Assembly (NCBI GenBank): GCA_011109175.1
Contig: RDEW01000054.1
Coordinates: 185,382-249,381 of the forward strand
Direction of reading: 5' to 3'
Length of the DNA stretch: 64,000 bases
DNA from: Dicyema japonicum
Taxonomy: Eukaryota; Animalia; Dicyemida
Of the stretch, positions 1 through 12,985 are shown piece after piece. Position 1 is the first letter of the stretch, and every line of letters begins with the position of its first letter. The translations under genes and the position numbers were made by a program. The notes beneath the pieces are model-generated. The model had not been told where the DNA came from. It saw only the letters and a list, made by a program, of their open reading frames with translations, and did not search any database.

Positions 1-289
1 ATGATTGAATGTAGTTCGTCATTTTTCAGTCAATATAATCATTAATGGTTTCAAATTATATAGAAAAAAAGCTCAACGGACAAGAAAAAGGATCAAACCC
101 TAATTGATAAAAAAATAAGCAATTATTAACAAAAAAGTTTGTAGAAATATAGTCGAACCCATTCACAGATATATATAAAAAAAGAGAATAAACTCGAGTA
201 ATATGGATAGCTGATCTAATTGGTTGCAATATGCAAATCATCTCCTTCAACGATTGTTCTTTCAGTCTATAATGAATAAAAATTAACTC

Positions 290-1580
290 TTCTAGTATAG
301 AAATCAGCTATAATTGATCATAATTTGCAAATATTGTCCAACAACGTTGATACCTCTAATAAATTCGAAATCAAAATGGAAGCCGATAATAAAAAATCAT
401 CATAAAAAGACTCAGTTAAAAGGGTAGCAGCTCTAATGAAACCGATTGGCAAGACGTATCCAATAACGATAATACTTTAAAGTTTATCACGACTCACTAA
501 TGGATTCTCGTAATATTTATAGCAGCTCAATAAACTCAAGTTATAAGGATCACAACTCTAATAGATTCTCACTAGCATCGTGTATTTCTTCCATGAGTAA
601 TTTTTGCAGATCGAACCATCAATGAAGATTCGCTCCGCTGTCGACGATTGATCCCGTTATTCTTTGCGATTTGGTCACACTGGGCAAAAGACATATAAAA
701 AAAAAATTGAAAAAGAATAGTTAAAAGAAATTTTATATTTTTAATAATGTTGCCAATTTGAGAATTCGGGCCACATTCGCATTCCAGCCTTTACATTCAT
801 ATCTCCCGCAACAAAGACAAGGGACGAGGAAGCATTATTAGAGTATGTTTTTGATAGTTCTGATTAGAATTCCTCGAGCTCATTGGGGTTCTTGATGCCT
901 CGTCCACATTGTGGTGCATGACATTTATGACAGTTAAGAGACTATTGGACGAATATAGTGTATTTAGTTTGACTTGTAGAACACATATTCGGTCGTTAAC
1001 TCTCCAATAGCGATGTAGTTTTTTGAGGTAATCCACGTGTAGGACAAATCCCATGGCGTAGTGCTAGCATTCAGTTGGGAAGAGAATCAGTTCCATGTCT
1101 TATCGTGTCCATTTTTTTTCGTCTCTTGTAGGCACTCAATATATATTTTTAGTATTTTTCGAGATCGTCACAAATTACTGTCCATGTCTACTCTTTCGAT
1201 ATTTCGCGTACGTGAACGTCGTTAGCCTTTGTTCTCGATTGTATATTGAGTGTTTTTCAGACATTTTTCTTAACCGATTTACAGTCACCACCTCACCAAT
1301 TTGACTAATGACTAATAGATAAAAATTCACAAGTGTAATTCAATATTGTACTTTTGAAGTCTATTAAGATTCACAAATAGAATCTTGAAATATAGAAAGC
1401 AGCTGTAATTGATACTAATTCGCATGTAGTGTCCAACAACGTTTGTACTTCTTTGATTGATCTCAATTTAAAATGGATTACAAAAACGAATGATTCAGAA
1501 CCACAAATAGATTCCATTTATAAGGTAGCAGCTCTAATGGAGACCGATTTGCATGAAGTAACTATATAACGATTATACTC
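290..1580 (+). pseudogene. Two diverged copies (~290-480 and ~1385-1580) of an exon-like segment of unknown family, each following a TAG acceptor and containing stops
   Basis: Shared blocks GTCCAACAACGTT and AGGTAGCAGCTCTAATG. Translations KSAIIDHNLQILSNNVDTS...VKRVAALMKP and KAAVIDTNSHVVSNNVCTS...YKVAALMET. No family recognised. Confidence 0.35.
740..1300 (-). mobile_element. Decayed RTE-clade LINE fragment (AP endonuclease N-terminal part)
   Basis: ORF 797-1054 (KKLHRYWRVNDRICVLQV) is homologous to the endonuclease of the RTE copy at 59671-62720 (PRLHRYWKIDDRICVIQF). Confidence 0.75.
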
Positions 1581-2029
1581 AAGAACGGAACCGGTTCATA
1601 ATGATGTAATTGAATTCGAATAACGATTTCATAGTCTCCAACGGTCAAAGACGTTAGATCTTTCAAATAGCCTGTTCTTACTCGCGTTGATAGCACTTTC
1701 AATTAACTTCTACCTCGTTCGGAACACTTGTATACCTCGTACGGTTGAAGACATAAGGCAACGGGGATGAGGAATTATCCCAAAAAAGAACGAATGTAGG
1801 TCCTCTGGTGGTAGCGAGAGACTTTTTTCCGGGACCATCTCGATCAAGTCCTAGTGCGGTAGGCGCAAAATTGAATTATCCACCTAATCTTTTGCTGCGT
1901 TAGTTTGCAGGGGATCTTCGATTGTTTTGAAAAGTTCCAGTCTTTAGGATTTTCAGAAGAAAGGGTAGATCCGATGATATAATTTTTGCCACAATGACCC
2001 TCAACGCTTTGGGGATGCGGATTTATTTA

Positions 2030-2200
2030 TTTTAAAACCTCAAGAAGACCAATAGAGAAAGGATTAACTCAATAATTAGTTGATCTCACGAAAAGTGCGA
2101 TCAGACCTCCAAGACACATGGTCTTGCACGATGTCGTCATATAGCTTTGGACGCTGTCGGAAACCCTTCTATGCATAAGTGACAAGAATGTCCATCAGTT
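2030..2200 (-). mobile_element. 3' end fragment of Vingi-like LINE
   Basis: Minus strand ends GAGATCAACTAA...GGTCTTCTTGAGGTTTTAAAATAAATAAA, resembling the family 3' end. Heavily decayed. Confidence 0.4.
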
Positions 2201-2352
2201 AATTTTTTAATTAAATTAGATTGTTTCTTTATTTTATTTTAATATAGTAAAAATTCCCAACCACAAAAAATTTATATTTATACAATTTTTGACATACTCC
2301 AAAAGACCATATAAATAAAACAAATAAGGTACTGTAATAAGAGTGTAAAAAA

Positions 2353-5300
2353 CTAATTAGTGCGATTTTGTTGATTACTTGTTGCCTTCAAATCACGAAT
2401 ATCTATAATGCATATGTAAATTTCACTTCTTTCTAATTTGCGATCTTTATTTCCCTCATAAGTTATTGAAGAGATATTAGAAATGTCATGTGTTGAGTGA
2501 CGATTTCGATCCTATCAAAAATTTTTTAAAATACCTTATCTCCTGAATCAAAACGAGGACGTTTAATGTTAAGCATTTCTAAAAATAATTAATCAATAAA
2601 CCAATATTTGAATCAGCACTCTTCCTTTTAATTTCCTTTTCTGACGATGAACTAAAATTAAATTGATCCTTAACTGTACTGACTGATTCTGAAATGTATT
2701 TGATCGAACACTCCGTGAGTTTGATCCTAAAAATGTAATTGATTATAACCTTCAATACTCTCTTTTTTTAATGTTTGCACTTTAGAAATCCTAAATTATA
2801 AAAAAAATCGATGATTAAAAATATTATTTAAATTCAAAGAAACTTTTCGGCAAAATATCTTTCATCTTTGCTTGTCTCATCATCAAACGTCCGTTTTCTT
2901 AGAGAATTTCCACTAGATCCTACATAAAACATTTAATTATATATACTACTAATATTTCCAGATGTTCTACTTGAAACGCTAATATCTGAGGATTTTAAAA
3001 TCTACATAAATTATTAACTATGTTAATACATGGGAAGATTTTGAGCGAAATTCAGTACGAGTGACCCATGATTTTTGTTTCAATTTTAATGATCCTAAAC
3101 AACTTTTTCAATATTTAGATAATAAATACCCAGTTAACATTGCAGTCAGATCATTTCGCTGACTACTTTTTTCATCTTTAAGAGCATTTTCAACACGTTC
3201 ACAGATTGAATTACCGTGAATATCTATATTCGGAAAATAATCAATAATCTAAAAATGATATAAATTTAATAATTTACTCTTAACAATAAAGAGACAGAAT
3301 TTCGTATAAGTATAAAATCATGAGATGATATTCCTGATATAACAGCCTAAAATTAAATAAAATTATCTTTTATTACATTTTTTAGTTGAGAATGCCATTT
3401 AAATACTATGCGCTGATAAGAATCAAACTCCATTTGTTCTTTATCAAAGCTAGAATTTGAAGAATTAATAAAGAAGCCAGAATTACGCGAGCAATCCTAT
3501 TAAAAATGTAATAAAATATACTTTATTGAAATATTCTTCAGAATTATGCCATTTCATTACAAAAGATAGACACTGATTTATAAAGATTCCATATCTATAA
3601 GCTTCATTTTCAGAACAACGGATCAACGTCAAATAAATAATATAACTACTAAAAATCTAAGCAGGTAGAAAAAATTCAAACTTTGTCAAAAAATAAGGCA
3701 GATTGAAAATCAACATTTGGTATAAAATGCAACGCTAATCCAAATTTTGCACAATATATAGCATCAACTGCTGATATTTTGAGACGCTTAAAAATGCAAT
3801 TGAAAAAAAAATTCCTCATCACATCTAAAAATTAATAGATTAATAAAAACCAGGAGAACTACGGTCTATCTTAATTCTACAAAGGATGTTTTTAACATTT
3901 TGAACATGTTTATTGTGTATTTCCATCTCATTTTGAAGTTTCTTAAGAAGATCCTGCAATTTTAATATTTCTTTTTTCTTCGATTTATCAGACTACGAAT
4001 TAATCAAACATTGAGAATAAGGTAATTAAAAAATATACGGTTTCAATAGTTGAAATATCTCCTTTGATTCTCAAAATTTGTTTCTTATATAAATCTTCAG
4101 GAAAATCAATATCATATAACGTCAGTATCCAAAAAATACAACAAAATTCATATCTATCAAAATTAATTAATTGATATAACTTGAATCCCTTGAAAAATTT
4201 CAAAAATCGATCAATGCAATTCTGAAAACCATTTAAATAATTCTTTTAATTATAAATATTAAGCGAACTTCATAAGAATGAGACAAATTTGAATTAATCC
4301 CACATTTATCTATTTCATACCAAATAGAAAGCCGGTTAATCATAAATGATGTTTCATGAGAAATACCGTATTTTGAAATTAGTTGTTCTATAGGTACAAA
4401 TTCTTTAATATGTTGTTCTGAACTCATAATTAAATCAAGAAATTGAGTAAACTGAAACAACGTATCATGGCACTGTTTAAAAATTAAAAAAATTAAACTT
4501 TATCATATAATTTCCCTCTAAGTTTAACATGCAATGATTAAATTTAGAAAAATATAAAATTCCATCTCTAATTTGTGCCAATTTAACACACATCGAGAAA
4601 AACAAATTGTCTTCAAGGACAATATCCTTCAATCGAGTAATTAATTTTTTAGCATTTCGAGCTTGATTGGAAAAAGCAACCTAAAGTGAAGATCGTAAAA
4701 ATGTAAATTAATAAATTTTATTTTTTTCACAAACCTCTTGCTTTAAGTGATAACCGCCTGATAATGCTTCTAACTGTTCATATGTTAATTCATCTACAAT
4801 ATCGATTCCAGTCATTTTTTGAACTACTTCTTGTAGTAGTGGTAATGAATATCTATATATGCAAATATTCTCTTACATATTTCCTGATGCTAATTGATTG
4901 ACAACGAGGTGAAGAATTAAAGAAATGTCGACATGATTATACTTTTTGCATAAAATGCCAGTAAAATTAGCTAAAACTAACAGATATTACAAGTATTTAT
5001 TACCAATTGCCTTATTTGAAAGTTGGTCATTTTCAATCATTATGGTGTCATTAGACTTTGATATAATATCAAATATAAAATCTAGAAGAATTAAACATTA
5101 AATATAAAATACAAGCTAATACATCCAATGATAATCCATTTACAAACTTCAAGCACTCAATAATCGGTCCTATGAGATTGTCATATCTAAGAGCATTCAT
5201 TAGTAACTAAAGCAATTAAATAAATTATATACAAAATCCATAACAATAACAGGAGAAGTTAAACTAATTTTTCCAATTTTTCGTCCCATTATCTTAACAT

Positions 5301-7339
5301 TGTCTTTCGTCAATCTCCTTAATATAATTAAAAATATAAAATACCGTATAATATATTGCATTTGCTTCATGACTAATGAATAAGTCATTTTCAAATCAGG
5401 ACAAGTATTTGAATTATGACAATTCCAACGATCATATAAATTATATCTGTATTCATTATAATTTGATACCTGATCAATGGGGGCAGCAAATAAATAAGAC
5501 TCCATATTTCTTCAACAAGACCAGAATTTGGCTGAACAAGACCAAGAGATGGTAAGATAGTTACATCAATTAAATTTATAATGTCGTAATAGAGAGAACA
5601 ATTTTTGCCCGCTTTCATAATCTAAAAACACAAAATTTCAATTACAAAATACCTTTCGGAGAAATTCACTACATATTCTAACCAATTTCACAAAAAGAAC
5701 AATATTTGAGCTCAAATATGGGCCAAGACAACAAAAAATTTGCAATAGAGGAATATCTGTATTCTTAAAAAAATCGAAGTCAAATAATTGTGAATTACTT
5801 TTTGTACTTATAGAAAGTGTTGAAATATCACAAATTCTAAAAAATAAAATCAATTTAAGAAACTCGTCATAAAATGGCGATATGACAGTATGGAGTTTAC
5901 TGCATAAAGTTTGTTGAATATCTTTATCTCCATAAACATAGTATTTCGGAAAATACATATCCACTTTAATCAATTCGGACCACATTGACTTTTTTATTAA
6001 GCTTTTAAATAATATTATTTTCTGGTTATTAGATGAAAAATTTAATGATCCTATATTATTAGCAGGATTCTAAAAATTTATACTTTATAAATAAAACAAA
6101 AAATGAGAAAGCTGGAGGAGCAATCTTATCTGCATTTTTAATTGTGTCAGTAAAAGAAATTGAAGCAGTTGATAAATCCTCCAGACGATCGTCTTTTAAA
6201 CTAACTATATTTAAATTATCGATTTCTGCTTGTAATGAATCCATACGTTCAATGATTTCAGTATTCATTTGTTCAAATGAAAGGGATAACTAAATTTTAA
6301 ATAGAAATAAACGTGATCAATAATAGAATTAAATTCAACTATGTTATTTTTTATTAAAATAGCCAGGCAAGTACAAAGGTGTTCATTATCTTCATAACAC
6401 TAAATTGGAATATTATTTAAAATACTGTATTGTATAGTAGTTTCATTTTAATGATATTACAAATAATGGTGGAGTCAATTTTAAGCATTTTAATACATTC
6501 AACTAAATTTTTATTGTTTAATAGTGGAATCATTTCTAACAAGAGATCAATTATTCTATTGTGGTCCAAATGGAAACAGCCTTACAATATAACAATTATA
6601 TAAACCTTGTAATCTTTCTATAGCAAAATATAAATTAGTAGATGAACTAAATTGAGAAAACCATAATGCATTTAATAACTTTGAAAACCCTTCATTACTC
6701 TCCCAAAGTAAATTAAATTTAGTTTGAAGGTAACTAAAGTAAGATAAATATATGTTTACAATGTTTTGGTACGTAGTTTTGTTAACTTCTGGTTAAAGTT
6801 CGACTCATGAACCAATTCATCAGAAACTGAATTGAAAGTCTTAAGCCGAATGAGAGCATCAAATATATTACAATTAAGCCTTTCACAGACAACTCTTACA
6901 TCCATTTTATTCTAAAATTATATAATATTTAAAATAATACAAAATATTCTAAGAATTTTTGTATAAATTTTTTTTCATATTCTTGATTACATAAATTTGA
7001 TGAGTTCTGTTTTAATTCAGTGCCTAAATAATCAGTCAAAAATTATAACCATATACGGAAAATGCATCAAGAAAAACATTAATTACTTCCGGAGTAGACT
7101 AAATATTAAACTTTAAATTAATAATTATTAATCATTATAAATACCAACCAAATAATCTTTTAGCGTAATGTAACAATTTTGATACTCGGAAGAGGTTTCT
7201 TCAAAATGTACAATCTGATGAATCATATAATACAAATTATTGTATAAAACGTTTGAATCTTGTTCCAGTGACCTATAAAAACTTAATTAAATTAAAATTT
7301 AAATAGATAATTTAAGTAATGTTACCTTTCTAATTGCAT
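2353..7339 (-). CDS. THOC2: THO complex subunit 2, multi-exon with many 23-29 nt introns and a few ~50 nt introns
   Basis: Spliced translation gives [99 protein letters not shown] and YDNLIGPIIECLKFV, all matching THOC2/Tho2 motifs. Not every exon was checked; start and stop are best estimates. Confidence 0.9.
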
Positions 7340-7599
7340 AAATGACAACAACAAAGATGAACTTAGTGTATTTTAAAATTAAAAAATACAAATATTTTAA
7401 TTATATTTAATTAAAATTATTTTTATGATTTCATTAACGTTCTGAGCGAATACCATTTGTTCCTAAAATTAAATTAGTTTGAACCTAAAGAGTATGATGA
7501 GATGAATTTTATGATCCGTGGAGTACTCAGAGAAAACCATGTAGATGTGAATTCAGCAAATAATATTTACTCCATGATAAATTGTGTGGACTAGTCCAA

Positions 7600-7970
7600 C
7601 TAAGTGAGCTTATCTTTGATAATTTACGACACTCTGTTAGCTTGACCCTCTCTCAATTTATTTCAGAATGATTCACCGCATCGAATCCACATTTAAGGAC
7701 TGTTTTTGTTTCTCTTGAGATTAGCAAAGCATTAGATTTAGTTTCAATAAATTCTTTAACGATAAAGATGTTTGAAACAGTCATCCACCTAATCTTAAAA
7801 GACGGTTCTCTAACTTTCTGAGCAAAAGATGTGGACAGGTAATATGCAAAAACGTGAAATCGAGGACATGCTTTTTATCAAATAGAGTATCTCAAGGATT
7901 CCTACTATCACAAACACTGCTTAATTCGCATATAAACGACATATCACAACCTACAGACGAAAACTTGATA
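7600..7970 (+). mobile_element. Vingi-like LINE RT fragment
   Basis: LSQFISE*F...HLRTVFVSLEISKALD...NFLSKRCGQV...SQGFLLSQTLLN aligns to the RT of the 51659-54588 copy. Confidence 0.75.
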
Positions 7971-8272
7971 TAATATTTCTGATAAATTGGTCTTTAATTC
8001 ATTTTGATAAATTGTTTAAGATTCCATCAATTTCAAAACTCTAAATTATTTTTTTTATTTAAATAAATATTTTACAATAATATTCGACTGCTAAGTCATT
8101 TTTCAAATGGTCAAAATTATTCTTGGTAGAAAAAAATTATTCTGGTTAAATTTTTCTTTTTTTCAAGTATTTTTGTATTTTTTTATCGAATAAATAAAAA
8201 GATTGACGTCTACTCTCTTATTTATAGACGTAGTTGTGAAGAAGACATATAACTGAAGTTATGTAAATTCGT

Positions 8273-8490
8273 ATACTAGTTCGCAGATATCAGATATTTG
8301 TGTATTTGCACATTCTGTCGCATATATCAGATATTTGTGTATTTGCACATATTAAACTTTCAATACTAGTTCACAGATATCAGATATTACTAGTTCGCAG
8401 ATATCAGATATTTGTGTATTTGCACATATTAAACTTTCAATACTAGTTCGCAGATATCAGATATTTGTGTATTTGCACATTTCTGTCGCC
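8273..8490. repeat. Irregular minisatellite, unit up to ~53 bp (ATACTAGTTCGCAGATATCAGATATTTGTGTATTTGCACATATTAAACTTTCA) with partial units
   Basis: About five copies of CAGATATCAGATATT seen directly, with no unique spacers. Confidence 0.85.
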
Positions 8491-8499
8491 GAATATCGG

Positions 8500-9372
8500 T
8501 ATCTTCATAGCATTAAATTGGAATAGTAGATGACCCGCATTTGTTGTGCATGTATCCTCAATTCAGTTAACCCAACTTTATATCCTCAAAATATGAATTT
8601 ATAAGATTGAAAATGTCATATCACTTTGTTGTTCCGAGCAACTCTATGCAGCAAAAAATTTTCAATAATAAATTAATATATCGAACGAAAACAAGGAATT
8701 GCATTCTTCCTATAATATCTGAGCTTTCATCCACTTGAAGCGCAATAAACACAGATTTTTTTATTCGCCAAACCAAAGTGGTTTCAATATTATCAGACAT
8801 ATCCTTGATGCGTCTCTCACAGAATTATTAGAAATAGGAATTAAGTCGAGCTCAGCGGCAGCAATTTCTCCGAATATTATCTTCACTACTTCTTTGCATG
8901 CAGGCAAAATAACGGTTAAGGCGAGAGTATGCGATTTCATATTTTTAACGGTAATCTCAGAAACAGCATAGCTAACATGCAGTGCTTTTTCGTTTATTTT
9001 GAATTTTTTGTAAAACGGGATGCTTGAACTTTATTCTGGTCAATTTCCGCAAAAAATATTCTTTTTTTTCTTTGAAAGTTCAGGTTGCTTGGCGGAGAAA
9101 TGACGTCTAAGTTTCGTTGGAGCCTTAGCACTATTCGCAAGTTTTTCACCGCAAACAACACAAAGTGGTAATGGGCAATCCATGTCCCCAGTCCATATGA
9201 AACCAAAGGCAATATAACTTTCTCGATACGATCGAACTTTAAAATATGCACTGTTACAAACTCCATTTAGACACGCGCAAATTAAATTAATTCGTATTGA
9301 AAAATTATTCTTTTGAAAAAACAATTTAAAAAAAATTTTGGAACTTCGCGGAACCCAGGTTGGGAACCTCTG
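8500..9372 (-). mobile_element. hAT (Buster/Charlie-like) DNA transposon, left end plus decayed transposase N-terminus
   Basis: Terminus CAGAGGTTCCCAACCTGGGTTCCGCG flanked by ATCTAGAT (NTCTAGAN-type target). ORF RSYRESYIAFGFIWTGDMDCPLPLCVVCGEKLAN...KLRRH is typical of ZBED5/SCAND3-type transposases. Confidence 0.9.
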
Positions 9373-9399
9373 ATCTAGATAGTCTCACTTATTTCCTCC

Positions 9400-10500
9400 T
9401 CAGTGAAATCAGCAAAAGAGTTCTCTGATCCAGTCACTCTTTTGCTAAAAATAAATTGCTCTTTTTTCGATCTTTCTTATTCCAAATACTAGTCAAAAAT
9501 GGAAGACATTCCTCCTCATTGAACTTGATGACCGCCTTCTTATTATCTCCATTTATATTTATATAAAATCGCCTTCTATTCAATTCGAAGCACCAGTTAG
9601 CACTTCTAAACCGCAACTTCTCAACAATCTTTATTTGATCGCGAGCATAGGAATAAACCAGTTCGAATTCTCCCCTCTTCGATATAAAACTATATGAGCG
9701 AGCATAAGGTATTGCATATTTCTTCGTCAAATCGATTCGTTCTGTTGATTTCAATAGCCATTTGAATTTGCTCAAGTTGTTGCTTAAGTTTAATGAGTTA
9801 GCTTTTCATTGATTCTTCCCAACTACTTTTAGTGTTTTTCTTCTTGCTAAGAGCCTCATAAGTGCACTGCCCAGCATTTATAATATCAGTGATATCGTTG
9901 ATATCCAAACTTGGCAAAGAATCAATATATTCCTTGATTGCTACATTAATTCCACACAGAATCTCCTTTCTAAGCATTTGTCTGGGAATCTTCCTAGTAG
10001 GAATACGAAAATTCCTTCTTGAGATGAGTAATTTCGCAATTTGGCAACAAAACTCCAGAACATTTTCCAAAATTTGACACTTCTACCTACTATTTTTCTT
10101 CCACTGATAGGCCACAAAATGATTCACTGTACTTGGAGGAGAGCAAGCACTTGAAATTGGGAATGGACTTCGATGTCCCGATTCTCAAGTTAAAACTTCC
10201 GTAATCAGAGGCCACCCACAACGGGGAATCCTCTTGAATCTGGATTTTGCAGACTCAACAACTTCCACAGACCATTGTTTCCGGTCAAGAGTGTGAACTT
10301 TGTCAAATAGACATTGCTGAGAGAGAAGATGTTCTTTAAGGTCAGTATTGACAACTTCTTGCGTTTTGGACAGGTCATCGATCACATTCTCTACGGTTCT
10401 TTTGATTCTATTTTTAGTAATTTTCTTAAATAGATAGGTCGAATGAAACATGTTTTTTCTTTTCTTACAAGAAACTACCATGTCCACAACAACAAGAAAT
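9400..10500 (-). mobile_element. R4/Dong-like (RLE-type) non-LTR element, pre-RT region, frameshifted
   Basis: ANWCFELNRRRFYINING...EEECLPFLTSIW resembles the NRLF..NQRRFY..LNG...FW..IW block that precedes RT in this group. Confidence 0.6.
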
Positions 10501-10574
10501 TCAAATCTTATTATCTAGTTATATTATGTATGTCATATGGGCTTGATGCCTATGGGCAACCTGTTTTTTTACGT

Positions 10575-10588
10575 GTTTCCATGGTAAC
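10575..10588. promoter_or_regulatory. Perfect RFX X-box-like palindrome GTTTCCATGGTAAC
   Basis: Matches GTNNCCATGGNAAC. Followed by a 14-bp palindrome CTAGCAATTGCTAG. No adjacent gene. Confidence 0.4.
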
Positions 10589-10659
10589 AAGCTAGCAATT
10601 GCTAGATTTAACAAAGAATTTATTTAATATAATAAAAAAACAATTATTTTTTAAGTCTT

Positions 10660-11815
10660 GACATTAAGACCGATCTTCTTCTTCCATCAGAAAATTCAAC
10701 CTATAAATACATTCTAAAAATACCTCTACACATGAATTATATAAGATAGAGACTATTTCGCAAGTATCAGAATATTTGGATTCAAACTTTGCAAGCATCA
10801 ATGCTGGGTTAGTTCCATGATCTTTCGCGATTCGCACCTTAATTAAATACACCACAAATTTAACTTGATCTCCAATTTCATAATTGTACTTTACAATGTG
10901 CACCATTCGTCTATTCATCCGTATAGTGGTGGTCGTCGCCCACAATTGGTGTTATCTCAAAATTAAAGGATTCTACAAAATTGTAATTTATAAATTAAAA
11001 ACCGCCATTAATTTGATGAGCAGATTCGCAAATAGTTGAAACGTCATTAACTATTATCACTGATTCTAAAATTATAAAATTTAAATGTAGCACCTTCGCA
11101 TTCTATCTTTGTAAAGAATTTGTTCCAAAAATTCCGCGATACGTTTGAATGGCATCTCATTTGAAAAAAAGTGCATTGTCGTATTGTAGCAGTAAACTTC
11201 ATATTATAGAATAGACACCTATTCATTTTGATTCCCATCAATAAGTTTAGATATTGATTTTGTCAATGTTTGATTGAAACGTTCTGCTATTCCCTAAAAA
11301 TTATTTTGTACACAAACTTGGGATCTAGGATTGTTTGGTCTTCCATGGATGTGACGTATTCTTAATTTCTCACATTAACCTCGAATGTTGGCAATTTAAA
11401 ATTCAGTCCCGATGTCCGACTGTAGAATTTGACAAGGTCCATAAGTGGAAAAGGGACTCCAAATTCTGACATACTTCAAATGCCGACTTATCACGGCCTT
11501 GCAAAAGCGAAACTAAAGTGGTTATATATAATTTTATTACCGACTATATGCATCAGTTACGGATAGGATCCATTTATATCCTTGGCTGACACTTTGAAAT
11601 TTTTTCAGATCGATTAGATCAATCTGAAACGCTCATTTGGAGCAGACGCAAAAACATGATTGTTCTCGTCAACAGTCTAAGCAGTTATTTGAAAAAGATA
11701 ACCTTAAGAGGAAGCGAAAACTTACAAACCTCACAATCATTAATAACTTTTCTTATTACGAACTCTTTACTATAAAATAGTTCCGACGGCAAAAAAATTC
11801 GATTTTATTGATTCC
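10660..11815 (-). mobile_element. Decayed retroviral-like (rve) integrase gene with four 24-28 nt GT-AG introns; Ginger-like DNA transposon or dead domesticated integrase
   Basis: After removing 11677-11702, 11513-11540, 11294-11317 and 10838-10864: GGINKIE...CEVC, QIDLIDLKK...WILSVTDAYSR|FAFA, GPCQILQSDIGTEF, HGRPNNPRSQ|GIAERFNQTL and YEIGDQ|VRIAKD (zinc-binding motif plus D,D,E). Contains stops and frameshifts. Confidence 0.85.
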
Positions 11816-12660
11816 TCCGTGTGAGATCAGATGGAGGGATCTGGACTGGGTTTCCATCTCGGACTCACAGTCCAGAGGAATAACCAATTTTTCTGAGTTA
11901 AATTATTCTGCCCTCTCTTGTCTACGGATGTGAAGGATGGTATTTTTCGCCCAAAGAGAAAGAATAATCAATCTTTTGGACAAGACGAGGAGGATCAAGC
12001 TGGCCTTCATAAAAGGGGTGAGGAACCACTAGATGAGGAGGACGAAACCCTGATCAAGTCAGTAGGGAGCTTGGTAGTGGAACGGATTGGTTTTCTTCTG
12101 AGGACAAAAGTGGATGACACGTTCATTCAGAAGATACTGTGAAGCTAAAGGGGGGTAAAACTGCGAAGAATCCAGGCCTCACGGCAGGATTTAATACGTA
12201 ATCCCCATAATTATCACTATGTCTTGGTTTTTAATAAAAAAAATGTTAGTTATGTTTCATGTTCTTATCTATATCTATTTTTCATGGTCAATAATGACTA
12301 CTGTTACTATAACCAGTGGTTCCCAACCTGGGGTCCGCGGAGCAGTTTTAGGGTTCCGTAAATTATTTTATTTATTTAATAATAGTTATAATTATTAAAA
12401 TATATTAACATCCACGCTTATATCTTGTTTTTTTGGGTTAGTTAGTCAATTTTATAAGATTTTTAATGAGAAACAATAATTACATAAGAGATTCCAAAAA
12501 ATATTCAAAAAATATTCAAAAAAGGTTTTTAATTATAATTATAGAAAAGCATTCAGTGTATACGGAGATCCGGTCCTTTGACTTGTATAGGTTGCGAATC
12601 GAGAAGCTATATCCAGACCAGTAATCTGTCGACCGGGGGCTACATGTACCCCCGGAAGAG

Positions 12661-12746
12661 AGCTAATGCTTTTTTGGAAATGCTTTAGGAGCATTTTGAG
12701 CGCCTCCAGAATTGTTGCATCCGGTGAGCCACATGACGCCATGCTA
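12661..12746 (-). ncRNA. Conserved structured 5' leader (type II) of Vingi-like elements
   Basis: AGCATGGCGTCATGTGGCTC...GGCGCT CA AAATGCT-CCTAA-AGCATTT CCAAAAAA; homologous to 47772-47852 and 34553-34620 with compensatory changes. Confidence 0.55.
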
Positions 12747-12789
12747 AATACACAAAAAAAACTTCAAACTAACCGAGAGATGGTACACA

Positions 12790-12985
12790 GGGGAAAACAT
12801 TATCACCTTGCCATGAGAAACTAATCGGAAAAAACAAAAATGGACATTAATGGCAAAAAGAAGTTCGCCGCACGAACTTGTGTAGGCTAAGGATCAACAC
12901 GAGCAAAGATGAGAACCTTGATCCAATTCGTCGGATCACTTAGTTTAGTTTTTTTGGTTTAACATGGTCTTCGGAATTAATTTAA
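12790..12985 (+). mobile_element. Vingi-like LINE 3' end fragment
   Basis: Ends ...CGAGCAAAGATGAGAACC...GGATCACTTAG...ATGGTCTT, matching the C-terminal HRAKMR..GIT* region of other copies. Confidence 0.6.

Noticed and set aside
1385-1750. Ciliate-type code (TAA/TAG = Gln) or Euplotes-type TGA = Cys
   Set aside because: Conserved genes translate without in-frame stops once tiny introns are removed (apart from the single SPAG6 frame break), and TAA, TAG and TGA all serve as real terminators.
7430-7600. Small exon-intron-exon unit on the minus strand upstream of THOC2 (22-nt GT-AG)
   Set aside because: No start codon or recognisable protein; may be a THOC2 5' UTR intron or chance.
8273-8490. 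CRISPR-like array
   Set aside because: No unique spacers, irregular units, eukaryotic context and no cas genes.
10525-10560. Twister-like ribozyme (GGCATCAAGCCC)
   Set aside because: Only a loop-like resemblance; no P1/P2 or pseudoknot partners could be found.
11820-12240. Additional non-LTR thumb fragment (YGCEGW-like)
   Set aside because: A single short motif, and strand and family are ambiguous.
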